64,000 nt of DNA, taken from NCBI RefSeq assembly GCF_006345805.1, contig NC_043001.1, forward strand, positions 67,456,001-67,520,000. Reading direction: 5' to 3'. Source of the DNA: Octopus sinensis. Taxonomy: Eukaryota. Made by a program: the position numbers and the translations under genes. The notes under the pieces were generated by a model, which worked only from the letters and a program-made list of their open reading frames with translations, was not told where the DNA came from and ran no database searches. Positions 11,361 to 23,769 of the stretch are shown piece by piece; the first letter of the stretch is position 1, and each line of letters starts with the position of its first letter.

Positions 11361-12064
11361 GATATTAGAGTCCATATACGGGGGTGGGGCAGAATATCAA
11401 AACGTTGCTTTCAAAGAAATTATCTAAAGTCTTAGAGAAAGAATAAAAATTAAAGCAAAAGTAAAAAAAAACAAATAAAACAATGAAGCAAAGCAGTTGG
11501 TCAAAGAATTCCTTGGAGAATTAATAGAAATCAAAATGTATGATACAGTAGACTGCTAATCAGTCGTGATAAAGTGTAACTAAATTTATATATATATTAA
11601 TGCATATATACATACGCATATATATATATATAAATGAATAGGAGATAGTCTTGTATGTATGTCTGTGTGTGCCTACATATATATGTGTGTGTGTGTGTGT
11701 GTATATGAGTTCACATTCCACTGAGGTTAACTTTGTCTTTCATCCTTTTGGGGTTGATAAATTAAGTACCAGTGAAACATTGGGGTCGATGTAATTGACT
11801 AGTTGCCTCCCCAAAATTTCAGGCCTTGTGCCTTTAGTAGAAAGGATTATCATTATTATTATTAAGGCGGTGAGCTAATGGAATCATTAGCACACTTAGC
11901 AGCATTTTGTCCATCCTTACAGTTTGAGTTCAAATTTTGCCGAGATCGACTTTTGCCTTTCATCATTTCAGGGTTGATGAAATAAGTACCAGTTACGTAC
12001 TGGGGTCACCATGTCCCATCCCCCACAATTTCAGACCTGGTGCCTATAGTAGAAATTATTATTA

Positions 12065-12099
<35 letters not shown>

Positions 12100-12653
12100 G
12101 AGTGAGAGAGCAGTGCATGCCATCAAAGTGACACTGGGGTAAAATATACGAAACCCAGTATACCTATCATGACTACCCGTCTGATAAGGGTACACTAGGC
12201 ACATGCATCACAACCATATGTGCGCGACATGGTGATCTCATATCAAGATAAACAGCACATGACCTTGCAGGTGGGGCCCAGTTAGAATTTTGTTCTGGTC
12301 GAGTAGCCCATCCTGCTCAAAAGGTCCCTGAATAAGGGTTGTTTAAGGATGTTGAACGAAACACCCCTGTTTCCAAAGGTGAATTATTCAAACCCCAAAG
12401 AATCCCTTTCAACACATGGCTATGATGCTTCCCCACTACATCTGCTGATGATCAGAGATGCACATATCGTCAGCCACTAAGGAACATGCTCAACTGGTTA
12501 AGGTCAAACAACTGACAAGCAAATCTGTGGTATTGAGCAGAATATTTACTGTAGCCCATCTTTTATACCAAGACAAAACAATGTACATGATAACACTTGC
12601 AATCAGTTAAGATCAGAAGCCATGAGAGCCACTTCCTGGTACTGCATCAGGGC
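12100..12653. mobile_element. ~555-bp (ATT)n-flanked element, copy 4
   Basis: Full copy between ATT tracts; its right-hand tract is shared with the R4/Dong-like element. Confidence 0.85.
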
Positions 12654-12669
12654 ATTATTATTATTATTA

Positions 12670-12719
<50 letters not shown>

Positions 12720-12720
<1 letters not shown>

Positions 12721-14205
12721 ACTAGTGCATGCTAATTTAGTTAGCAGGCATTTCATCTTGATATTTGGTGATAAGTCTCCTCAAATTTCAGGAATCTTTC
12801 TTTGGTTACTTGCAGAAATATAGGATGATACTTGACAATGTGAGTTTCAATTCCAGTTTCTATCATTCATTTAGGTAGTATTTTAGGGGTTGTGCTAAGT
12901 GCACCAATTACTACAGGAATAATTGCTGTCTTGGTCTTCCATCCACCTTGGCTCTCTGGTTAGATCCTAATATTTCTAAATTTTTTCAATTTCCTTGGTA
13001 TTGGCTCTGCTATCATAGGTTAATTGCAAAATTTATAATCTTGTACTGTTTGTTTATTTTGTTCTCTATGATCACATCTAGTCTTCTTGCTTCAGTAGTA
13101 TAGTTAGTCTTTATGGGAAAGTCCCACAAGATCTTGTAATTCTCATTTTCTGTCACTGCCTCTGATTCATGATCATGCCAGTTTGCTGTTGTTTTGAAGC
13201 CTTATACTTAGCTAACATTCCAATGCATTCTTTTGTCTACACAGCTATACCTGCACTTATACTCCTGTGCTAGTACACTGCACTCAAAAGGTAATTGATA
13301 CTTTCAGCTCTTTTCCTGGTGATTTTACATTTGTTGTCTGACTGAGTTTTGTTGATCTATCCTCTACTTTTCTATCCTCTACTTTTCTTTGAATTTTAAC
13401 TCCAAGAGTTTGCACTGTGACAGAGGTAGTGCAGTGTATAAGGTCATTTAGACCTGTTATGTTTTTGATGTAGTTCTTCCATTTTTTACACTATATTCAA
13501 TTCCTCTCAGAATCGGTAGCCTCTTTCTTTTGCTATCTCATGCCATATTTAGTTTTAGTCGTAAGCTTCTGTCTTTCTCTGTAACAATCTTTCTCTCCAC
13601 AAAGTAAACTTTACTTTCATCCAAACAGCTATTTCTTTTGTGGAGATTCATTACTTCCTCTGCTAATCCCTGTTCTTATTCTTGTTTTGTTCTTAGTGTT
13701 CAGCATTGTCACTTTCACACTCTTTCACTATTGTAGAGATCTCCAGATCCAATTGGGATAGCCACTGCCTTTTCATGATTAGATATTTTTGGTCTACAAG
13801 TCTTAGCTCTGTGATAGGGAACATGACTTTCTGTCCAAATTTTATGCATTCTTTTACAGTTTCCTATTTTTGTAGGCTCACTTCTGTAATAGCATTCCAT
13901 TACAGTTCTGTCTTCATTTCCAGTCCATTTTCTCCTAATGACCAGGTCCACTCTGCTGTGCAGTGGAGCACTTGCCATGCAAGAGACCTTTACTCTGGGT
14001 TCAGGTCTCATAAATTTAGTTGTGATGATCTTTATTTGTCATTACACTCATAAAATAGACTGTATTGGTGGGATGTCACAGCCACCAGTGTTTTTATTGT
14101 GATACCATCTGTAAGGGGTTGCCAGCCAAGACTAAAGGGACCCACTTACCTCTGTGGTAGATTTATATCCACAAAGATGTTGTTTTTGTTCATGAGATAT
14201 TTGTT
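12720..14205 (-). mobile_element. Internally deleted R4/Dong-type (RLE) non-LTR retrotransposon
   Basis: N-terminal RRKWTGNEDRTVMECYYRSEP...RMHKIWTE is joined near 13350 to a decayed CCHC/RLE region ending ...KTAIIPVVIGAL. No RT domain lies between them, and (TAA)n flanks both ends. Confidence 0.75.
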
Positions 14206-14817
14206 ATTATTATTATTACTGCTATCCTAAGTAGTAATGGGCCTATTGGCAGTACTAATAAAGAAATGCTATTTGGATGTCTGTTGACTGCTCAGAGTTC
14301 ATCCACTCTTAGGCAGGACTTGTTTTTCCTCCTGTAGAGTGACCAAATAAGAAAAACACCCTTCTCACAGAGCAATCTCTGCGGACTTGCTGGTTCAGTT
14401 GACAATGGCCTGACATTTGTGATTCAGTTTTAGTCTACAGTTATGGAATTAATGAAGGGACAAGTGCCACATACCTGCATAAATAAAGAAAACATATTTG
14501 TAGTGAAAGGAAGAAGCAAAAAAGAAAGAAGGAGATTATATAAAAGAGGGAGAGAGAAAGATGGTAGGAGAGCATGCATGCTTCACTGTGCAAGAGTATA
14601 CAATGAATGATGGTGGAGTGGTGGAGTGGAGATTTGCATCAGCCCCAAGTAGAGTTGGGAAAGTGCTTTGTTGAGTGAGGGGAAGAAAGTTTTAAGTAGA
14701 ATAACCTAAAATTACTGAGCTTACTTGATTAAAGTAGAGTTTGAGATTGGGGAAATGACATCGTGACTAATCTAAAACATTGCACTCATGTATTTATATA
14801 TATATGTGTGTGTGTGC

Positions 14818-14855
<38 letters not shown>

Positions 14856-15658
14856 ACAAACACACATATATGTATTTATATATATTTATATCAGTGACCG
14901 GTAAGAAAGAGAGACAAAGAGAGAGATGAGAGAGGGCTTTTTTCTGTGTATATCTATAAATAAACACATGCACCATCTCCACACCACAACACACCTCACC
15001 TCTCCTGACTTCACATACAGACTATTCTTATTATGTTTTTACCATTCCTAGTTTCCTCAGATTCTTGTCTTTGATGTTCACACAGTTCTGTCTCATGACA
15101 GTTTCTTTTGTTCCAGTATTCTTTAAAAACCTATCAAACATATTGCAGCAATATTAAAACATTGTGAAAATTTAATTCTAACTTAACATGTGTTTTTCAC
15201 AGAATCTATTGCATATTATTTGTGGTTTATTGAGAAATTGCTTCACAAATCCAGACAACAAAGGTTATAGGTTAGATATTAAATTTCTTCTGTCCAGACA
15301 TGTTGGAGAGAAGCATTTTAGATCTCTTTTCAAAAATGAATTAGGAAACTGATACTGAGTGAGCAAGCTGTCCATTTGTGTGTGTGTGTGTGTGACAGTG
15401 AGTAGAATAGTTGAAAGATTGATTTAAGTGTAACTAGAAATGTAAATAATGATAACCTTAGAGTTTATATCAACAGACTGCATCATTCCGAGAAAAGAAC
15501 AATATCAGTATTAGCAGTTATGTTGTTAAATCAAGATATAATGGTGAGTGTTTGTATATGTGCTGTATGTATATGTGTGTGTTGTGTATACACACATAGA
15601 AAAACCAACATTTATACACACACACACACATAAATATATATATATATATATATATATA

Positions 15659-15975
15659 CTAAGCAATAAAGGGTTTAGCAACGAATTGCCTTACCACATA
15701 CCGAATTTAGAAATAGCAGTCAAAGGGTTATAGCTATTTCTTCTACTAAAAAGGGAGATCTCAGTAAAAACAGCAATTGGAAGGCAGACACAAACAGGTA
15801 AGAGAGAATGAATTGACTGCAATCTATCATACATTTTTAAGTTATCTACGGACGTACGTTTCGAAATCAAGTTTTTAGGAAAGCATAAGAATTAAATATT
15901 AAATATTAAATAATTCTATCTTACCGAAACTTCTTTTCTCTTCAGCGTAGAATACTATAATCATAAATGATTATA
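15659..15975 (-). mobile_element. ~320-bp hammerhead-bearing element between (TA)n tracts (Penelope pLTR-like)
   Basis: Bounded by (TA)n at ~15634-15658 and TA-rich repeats from ~15975; contains an intact hammerhead. Confidence 0.65.
15845..15951 (-). ncRNA. Intact minimal hammerhead ribozyme with extended stem II
   Basis: TCTACG-CTGAAGA-GAAAAGAAGTTT...AAACTTGATTTC-GAAAC-GTAC-GTC-CGTAGA. Stem I is a perfect 6 bp, the core is complete, the cleavage triplet is GUC and loop 3 is palindromic. Confidence 0.85.
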
Positions 15976-16029
15976 TATGATTATATATTATATATATGAT
16001 TATATATATATATATATATATACATAAAC

Positions 16030-16275
16030 AGCAAGCTCTGCTGTACTCTTACACCACAACTTTTTCTCACTCTTTCTTCCTGTTTCTGTTGCATCTGTAT
16101 TTCAAAGGACCAGCCTTGTCACACACTGTGTCACGCTGAATCTCCCCGAGAACTACGTTAAGGGTGCACGCGTCTATGGAGTGGTCAGCCACTTGCACAT
16201 TAATTTCATGAGCAGGCTGTTCCATTGATCAGATCAACTGGAACCCTCATCATCGTAACTGACAGAGTGCCACAA
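16030..16275 (+). mobile_element. 3' part of a tRNA-head SINE (family C here)
   Basis: Matches the body and tail of the full copy at 59876-60230. Confidence 0.8.
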
Positions 16276-16984
16276 GTATACATATTATTTTGAGTGGTAT
16301 TTTATACGTTTGTCTGTATCTAAATATGCTAGCACAATAGAAATGATCATTGGTGATGTATGGTGTAACCACCATTCTTGCTCTTGTTTATATGTACACA
16401 CACAAGGACAGACAGACAACAGATGGATAGATAGATGTACAAACAGGTAGGTAGCTATGTGATTTTATAACAGAAAGTTACCCAGTTCCACCTATACAGC
16501 AAAGCCAGTAAAAGTGTGGAGATAATGGTGTAACAGAATATAAAAGAATGGTCAGTAATGTTGGTGTGGGGGTGGGGGTAAAAGACATCAATTGACCAGT
16601 TGAAAGTAGAGATATTGGATGTAGAATGACTGTAGACATAAATGGCTTGGTTATTATAGCTGTGTTATAAAGACATATTAGAGGTTAATGAATATAGGTG
16701 GGACAAATATAATTTTATTGATTGATGATGGAGAGAGAGGAGGAGAGGGAAAGTAAAGGGGGGGAGAAGGGGGAAGGCGAGAGAGGGTGTGAGAAGAGAG
16801 AGAATTAGCCTGTCAGAGAGGAGAGTGGGACAGACTGACAGATGCTCAGAGAGAAGAAGAGTCAATTAGAGAGAGAGCAGGGCTATGGACAGACAGAGAG
16901 GCAGCCTTTTGTTAAGTCTTGATAATTGCCATGGTAAAAAGAAACAGTATTTTATACATTTGTACAGTGCAATGACATAATCTA

Positions 16985-17620
16985 TTCTACTATAAGCACA
17001 AGACATTAAATTTTGGGGAACGAGGCAGGATAATCAATTACATAGACCCCCGCCCCCGCCCCAGCCCCCGCCCAGTGCCTAATTGGTACTTATTTTATCA
17101 ACCCTGAAAGAGTAAAAGGTAAACTTGACCTCAGAGGAATTTGAACTCAGAACATAAAGACAGACAAAATGCTTAGTAGCATTTTGTCTGGTATTCTAAT
17201 GATTCTGCCATCTCACCAACTTATCCCTTCTGCTGCGGGTACAATGCCTGAAATTTGGCAGGAGGGTAATAGTCAATTACATCAACCCCAGTGCTTAATT
17301 GGTCTTTATTTTATCGACCCTGAAAGGATGAAAATCAAAATCAACCTCAGCGATATTTGACCTCAGAATGTAAAGACAGAAGAAATGCCATTAAGCATTT
17401 TGTCCAGCACACTAATGATTCTGCCAGCTTGCATAATAATAATAATTCTTTCTACTGCAGGCACAAGGTCTCATATTTTTAGTTGGAAGGGGTTAATTGA
17501 TTACATTGACCCCACTACCGAACTGGTACTTATTTTATCAACCACTAAAGGATGAAAGGCAAAGTCAGCTTAGGTGGAATTTGAATGCAGAATATAAAGA
17601 CAGACGAAATGTCATTAAAC
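16985..17620 (-). mobile_element. Three adjacent minus-strand copies of SINE family A
   Basis: Repeated ...GGTACTTATTTTATCGACCC.GAAAGGATGAAAGGCAAAGTC..CCTC.GCGGAATTTGAACTCAGAA blocks. Confidence 0.75.
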
Positions 17621-17629
17621 ATTAATTGA

Positions 17630-18995
17630 TGCTAAAGACAAAGTGGTAGGAATAAGGTGCTGGCTCTGAGGTATAGCACTGGTGTGATCGAGTGGAGAAG
17701 TGATGAACTTAAGGAGCTTGATAGAAAGACCACGGAAATGATTACACTACAAGGATCTCTAAACTCCAGAAGTGACATGGACAGGTTGTATCTATTACAA
17801 CAGAGAGGAAGCAGAGGTCTCAGCTGTGAAGTGTGTGTGAAGTCTGAGGAAAATAATCTTGCATGGTATGTAAAGAATTCAAGGTAGAGATTGATGGTAG
17901 GAGTAAGAAAGATAACACCCCTAAGCAATGATGAAGCAAAGGAAAAGGGAGAATTCAAACAAGGCAACCAGAATAACACTTTGAGTAGATGGGAAGAAAA
18001 CAATGTATGGCCAGTTGCTGTGGGAAACTGCCTGAAACAGTTGACAAAGATAAGATCTGGGAATGAATTAGGAAAATCAACTTGAACATTGAAACTGAAG
18101 CCCTTATTTTTGCAGCCCAAGAACAAGCACTGAGAACAAATTATATCAAGTTAAATATTGGCAAATTAGTGACTTTCCCACTTTGTAGATTGTATGGTGA
18201 GAAAGATTAATCAATAAACCATATTATTCATGAATGCAAGATACTTGAACAGAAAGAGTACCAGAGAAGGCATACAACATTGCCATATTGATTCACAGGA
18301 AGCTTTGTCATGAGGACGTGAGTTTAAGATAAACTATCATTCATGAATGACATAAAACTCTTTGGTAGTTCATACATTCAGCATAGATACAGGAATGTAA
18401 TTTGTCATAAAAACATGTGGTACTGAAGTGAGGTAGAATTGATAAGATGGAAGGAATTATATTACCAGATGGGAAGCTCAGTGGAAGTGAGCAATGGTAT
18501 AAGCACCAACTGGAAAGGGTTACTGAAAACGAACCATATAAGATCAGTGTGACCATTTTATTGTGGTGAGAGAACCTGACAGTGTTGTAGAAAAGAAGAA
18601 CAAAGCAATTATTATGGATATCGCTTCACTGTGGGACCACAGAGTGAATGAGAAAGAAAGTAAGAAAGTTGAGAAATATCAAGAGCTGAGGAGGAAAATC
18701 AGGAAACTATGAAGAATTAGGCACTTAGAAGTGGTACCACTTGTGGCTGGTGCAATGGCAGCAGTTAGTTAAAGGTTGGATGCATGGCTTGAGAAACTAG
18801 GAATTGCTATCAAGATGGTAATGTTGCAGAAAACAACCTTGTTAGGAACAGGAAGGATCCTAAGAAGGGTGTTAGAAAGTTGAAAGAGAAGGAATGACCC
18901 AAAGGATCTTTGGCCATTTGATATGGCTTGCTCTTCTGGTATAGTGTTGGTATAATATCTGCCAATGCAAAAGCATTACAGATAATAATAATTAT
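17630..18995 (+). mobile_element. 5'-truncated R4/Dong-type RLE retrotransposon (RT C-terminus, CCHC, RLE, 3' UTR)
   Basis: RYSTGVIEWRSDELKELDRKT...DMDRLYL...RGL, EQALRTNYIK, PD...IIMDIASLWDHRVNEKE.KKVEKYQEL and LQKTTLLGTGRILRRVL; ends in TAATAATAA. Confidence 0.85.
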
Positions 18996-19502
18996 GATGA
19001 TGATGATGATGGTTATAATGGACTCTACTGTTGAAGTCAACATATGAGTGTTCAGCTTTTGCCAAACGACCTGCACAAATCATTTGTTTATAGTGATCAA
19101 ATCTATGAGCTGTTCATTAGCTTACTCCCTCCATCAAACCGACGTTACCTGAACAGGTGCATGGTGTACCATGCGTCAGGTGTCAAGGTGATTGTAGAGC
19201 AACATGAGATGTAGTGGTTTGCTCAAGAACACAATGCACCACACAGTCTAGGAATCGAATATTAATGATTTCAAATTTTGGCACAAGGCCAGCAAGTTTG
19301 GGGGAGCTTGCTAGTCAATGTAATCTATCCTAGTGCACAACTGGTACTTATTTCACTGACCCCACCAAAAGGATGAAAGGAAAAATCAACCCCAGTGGAA
19401 TTTGAACTCAAAATGTAAATATGGATGAAACACCACTAAACACTTTGCCTGGCATAATAACAATTCTGCCAGCTTGCCACCTTATTTGTTACTATTAATA
19501 TC

Positions 19503-19680
19503 ATGTTGTAGAAAACAACCTTGTTAGGAACAGCAAGGATCCTAAGGATTTTGTTATAAAGTCAAAGGAGATGGAATCACCCAAAGGATCTTTGGCCATT
19601 TGATTCGGCTCACTCTTCTGGTATAGTGTCAGCATAACATCTGACAGAGCAAAAGCATTAATGAAAACAAAATAATAAGC
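19503..19680 (+). mobile_element. Second 3'-end fragment of the same R4/Dong-type family
   Basis: Similar to 18826-18990 and ends in AATAATAA. Confidence 0.75.
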
Positions 19681-20840
19681 TTGTTTTTTTCCTTTGTTAT
19701 CATGTATCTTATTCATGAGTGTGCATTTCAACTTGAAAAGTTTGCTTCTAACTTAACAGTAATAATATTTCTTTTCTACTTCACCACCAAAGGTTATTCA
19801 TGTAGATACTTATTCTAAGGAACCTGATCTGGGAATTATCATAAGTTTTCAATTACACTGTGATTACTCTGTAACTGTCATTTGGGTACAGACTTATGAC
19901 AAAAACATGCCAATGATGACCATCCTGTCTTTTATAGCTATTTACTCCTATGTAGTCCTTCCCACTTTTAAAGATCATATGGAGTGATTTGAGAATGATG
20001 TCTACTCTTTCTTGCAAATCAAGTAACTAAACAAAAGCTCCTTCTTTTCTTCAACCATTGAAGCTTGATAATATTGATAAACTTACAACTGGAATCATCA
20101 CATTTTAATTGCATCAGTGTCTGTTAAGGACATTCATTATCCCTAATATATAAAATAATGGTTTCAATTTATCTTTGATTTTCCTCTGCATTTAGACACT
20201 TTTATTAGCTCTTTCCTCAACTCACTTGATAATATATTGAATACAATAAAGTTTATTTGTTCATCATTTAAAAAAACAAATAAACCATTATTCATTATGA
20301 TACTTGTTAAAATTATATTGTTTATAGTTTGCACATTAAAAAAAAATCGAAAGATTTATCTCCCTTAGACACCAACTGTGCCCACACACCCAGCATGCCT
20401 TGTAAGGGAATTAAAACCAGAGTATATCTGCTTTACTTGCGCATGGAAAACAAAGGGTTGTCTCATGCACACCCATCCCCCCCATGCGCGCGTGCATGTG
20501 TGAGTGCTTATTAATAGCTGAGTATATTAAAACCATATTTGTTAATGCTTTATTTTTATATAATTTTCCTTTAGACTCTCCTTTTTAACTCTTTAATAAT
20601 TAAATGTAAGCAGCCTGATAGGATTTGCCTTCATGTCGCTATTTACGCAATGGAATCTATGGTTATAACAGAAAAAAGTTATGTGAGTGTGTGTGTGTGT
20701 GTGTGTGTGCGTGTGTGTGTGTGTGTGTATATATATTTATATACCCATATATAGATATATATATCATATATGTATGTGTGCATATGCATATGTGTGTATA
20801 TGCATATATCATCATCATCATCATCGTCATATATATATAT

Positions 20841-20926
<86 letters not shown>

Positions 20927-22245
20927 TCACATACATGTATGAGTGTATATGCATGTGAGTATGTGTCTCTATATATATATATATGCACACACACATACAT
21001 ATATATATATATATAAATGTGCGTGAGTGTGTGTGTGTCCTATCTTACAGCTTCATCACAAACAGACGTTAAATAATGTATTTTTCAGAAATAATTGATT
21101 TTTCAGAATATGAATTTTATAATTTGAAAGGTAAAAAATAAGTAAAATAAATGTAAATTAAAAAGTAATAAAAGGAAACAAATAGGAAACAAAAAAGAAA
21201 AACATTGATTAAGTTTTCTGTGTGCTTTTTTCCTAAACTAAATTATGAAATTGTAATGAATTACGTTTGAATAAACAAATGAAATTATGTAACTGTTAAA
21301 AATTTAACTGTGTGTGTGTATACAAGTGTGCATATACACACATATTTATATATATATATGTGTGTGTGAATACATACAATACATGTATGCATATGTATAC
21401 ATATATTTATATATACACATACATAGACATATATATGCATATATATGTATGTATACACACACACACACACACATATATATATGTACACATAGACACACAC
21501 ATACACACGTGTTCATGGTGTGTGAGTTTATGTATATGTGTATGTATGTGATGTATGTGTGTGTGCATTTGAGAGGGACATCTAAGTGTATGAGTACACA
21601 TATGAGAGAGCAAGCAGGTAAGTGTATGCTTGTGTGTGTATGTATGTTGGCATGTGTGTGTGTGTGTGCATTATGAGTTTCTAAATTGGGAAAATATGTG
21701 AAGAATGAAGTGGGAATAGAAACAAGAGAACTTCAGGTTTGTTTTGCAGAACTTTGCAGTTTTATTTTTGAATATGGTTTTATGTTCATATTTGATATTT
21801 GGTAGAATTTATTATTGGAATACCTCTCCATGTTTCATTAACCCTGAACACGTGTGTGTGTGTGTGTGTGTTTAGCTTATGGAAAGGAGTGAGTAAAAAT
21901 AACCTGATTTACAGGTGAAAATGAAAGGAATATCTTGTCAATTTGGCCTGAGTTTATTTATCTTTATTTGTCATTGGACCATAGTCGTGCTGGGGCACTG
22001 TTTTGAAGGATTTTAGCTGAACAAATTGGTTCCTAGAATTACATTTTTCAGCAAAAGAGACCAGTAGAAGAAGTACCAAGTTTAAGAAAATTAAGTCCTG
22101 AGGTCAAATCATTTGACTAAAAATTCCTCAAGGAGGTGCCCAGCATGGCCACAGTCTGATTACTGAAACACGTAAAAGATAAACCAACACCAGTTGTCAA
22201 GGTGTGAGAGTGAGACAAACACACAAACACAGACACACACAGACA

Positions 22246-22292
22246 CAAGGGTTGGACAAAATAATGGAAACACTTTAAAATTTCAAACAAAT
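22246..22292. mobile_element. Isolated Tc1-type TIR remnant
   Basis: GGGTTGGACAAAATAATGGAAACAC, similar to the degenerate TIR at ~27899. Confidence 0.55.
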
Positions 22293-23679
22293 ATATATAT
22301 ATATAGTCAGGACTGGCTGGGGATTAAAGAACAATTACAGTAAAGTAAATATTTGTTATATCCTGAATGACTTTCAAGAGTTGATGTTCTTCTTTGGTTA
22401 GATGGAATGAAGCTGCTGAGAACTAAATCTCCCCTGTCCCACTCTGTATTGTACACTGGCTTTTAATAGTTAACATTCCTCTGATTGATATGGTATGTAT
22501 TTCTGAGATAACCTCTCTCTCTATATGACCTCAGTTAATCTAAAATAACTGAGGTTATCATGTCATCTACAAGATGAAGCTCTTAGTGAACTAAATTCAT
22601 TTTATGGAAACTAAAATGTCCAATAGTTTAGTGATATAACAAATAGGTGAGCACCTCTGCCCTTCTTCAGGTCTTCTGTGGTTGATAGGAGGAGGGAGGA
22701 TGTTATATTTTCCCACACATCTACAAGAGAGTGGACTACACTTTAGTGGTAATCCGGTGTAAGTGGAATAGGTTTGAAACAGGGGTAAGAAGTCAATCTA
22801 CCACCCACAAAATAGGTACAACCCCTTTGACAAGCTTTTATAGAGATGTGTTTGTTTTTTGTTCAGGGTACTGACCTAGTTACTACTCTGAATATCAAGT
22901 GCAATAGGTATGATACTCATCTGCAGAGAATTGAAACCAGTATCTTTGTTCTGTCATTAGATTTTAAACAATTTCAGTTACTCATTAAGTCAGTCAGTAT
23001 TTTGTCTATATGTAGGGTTTGTGGGAGAGAGAATGTGTGTGAGTTTGTGCATGTAATTTTAGATATTTCAAATTAGCCACATTGTCAACTTCACCCACTA
23101 TCACATTCATGCACCAGAGTTTGTGAAATTCATGTCTGCTTATTTGATGTATGTAGTAACTGAATGTTTGTGGTTGCAACTGAATATGTTGTGGTGCTGT
23201 CATCTTCTCCACATCTTTATTCATGGAATCAGTTTATGTTAGGTTTGTGGTGTCTCTATGTTCTGAGTTCAATTCTGCTGAGGTTGACTTTGCATTTCAA
23301 CCTTTCAGGGTCGATAAATTAAGTACCAGTTGCATGCTGGGGTCAATCTAATCGACTGGCCCCTTCCTCCAAAATTTCAGGCTTTGTGCCTAGAGTAGAA
23401 AAGATTATAGGAATGACAACAGTATTAGAAGTGTGTGTTGTTGATGTTACAGCATCTAGGTGAGTAATGTACAAGAGAGAAAACTGGACCTTGATGCACA
23501 CCACAGTTGATAGAATGTAGGTCAGAAAGAGAGAGGGAGAGAGAGAGAAAGAGAGAGAGGGTCTGCTGATGCATGCTGCAATGATTAGTCTGACAGGAAG
23601 ATTCTACTTGAAAAAATGACACAATTGTAACATGCTTGGCATGGTGCAGGGTCTATTTACTTAGGAAATTGTCCTGTCA

Positions 23680-23769
23680 GGCCCAAGTTGAAGGTGTTAA
23701 TGATATCAAGTGCAACTATATTTCGGCCAAATTGAAGGTGTTATTGATATCAAGTACAACTATATTTCC
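23680..23769. repeat. 45-bp tandem duplication
   Basis: GGCC(C)AA(G/A)TTGAAGGTGTTA(A/T)TGATATCAAGT(G/A)CAACTATATTTC x2. Confidence 0.9.

Noticed and set aside
17632-18126. 164-aa minus-strand ORF
   Set aside because: It is the antisense shadow of the plus-strand R4/Dong-type coding remnant.
22640-22680. Minus-strand CTGAAGA-AGGGC-AGAGGT-GCTC
   Set aside because: Only the first half-core and a stem; no GAAA or cleavage triplet follows.
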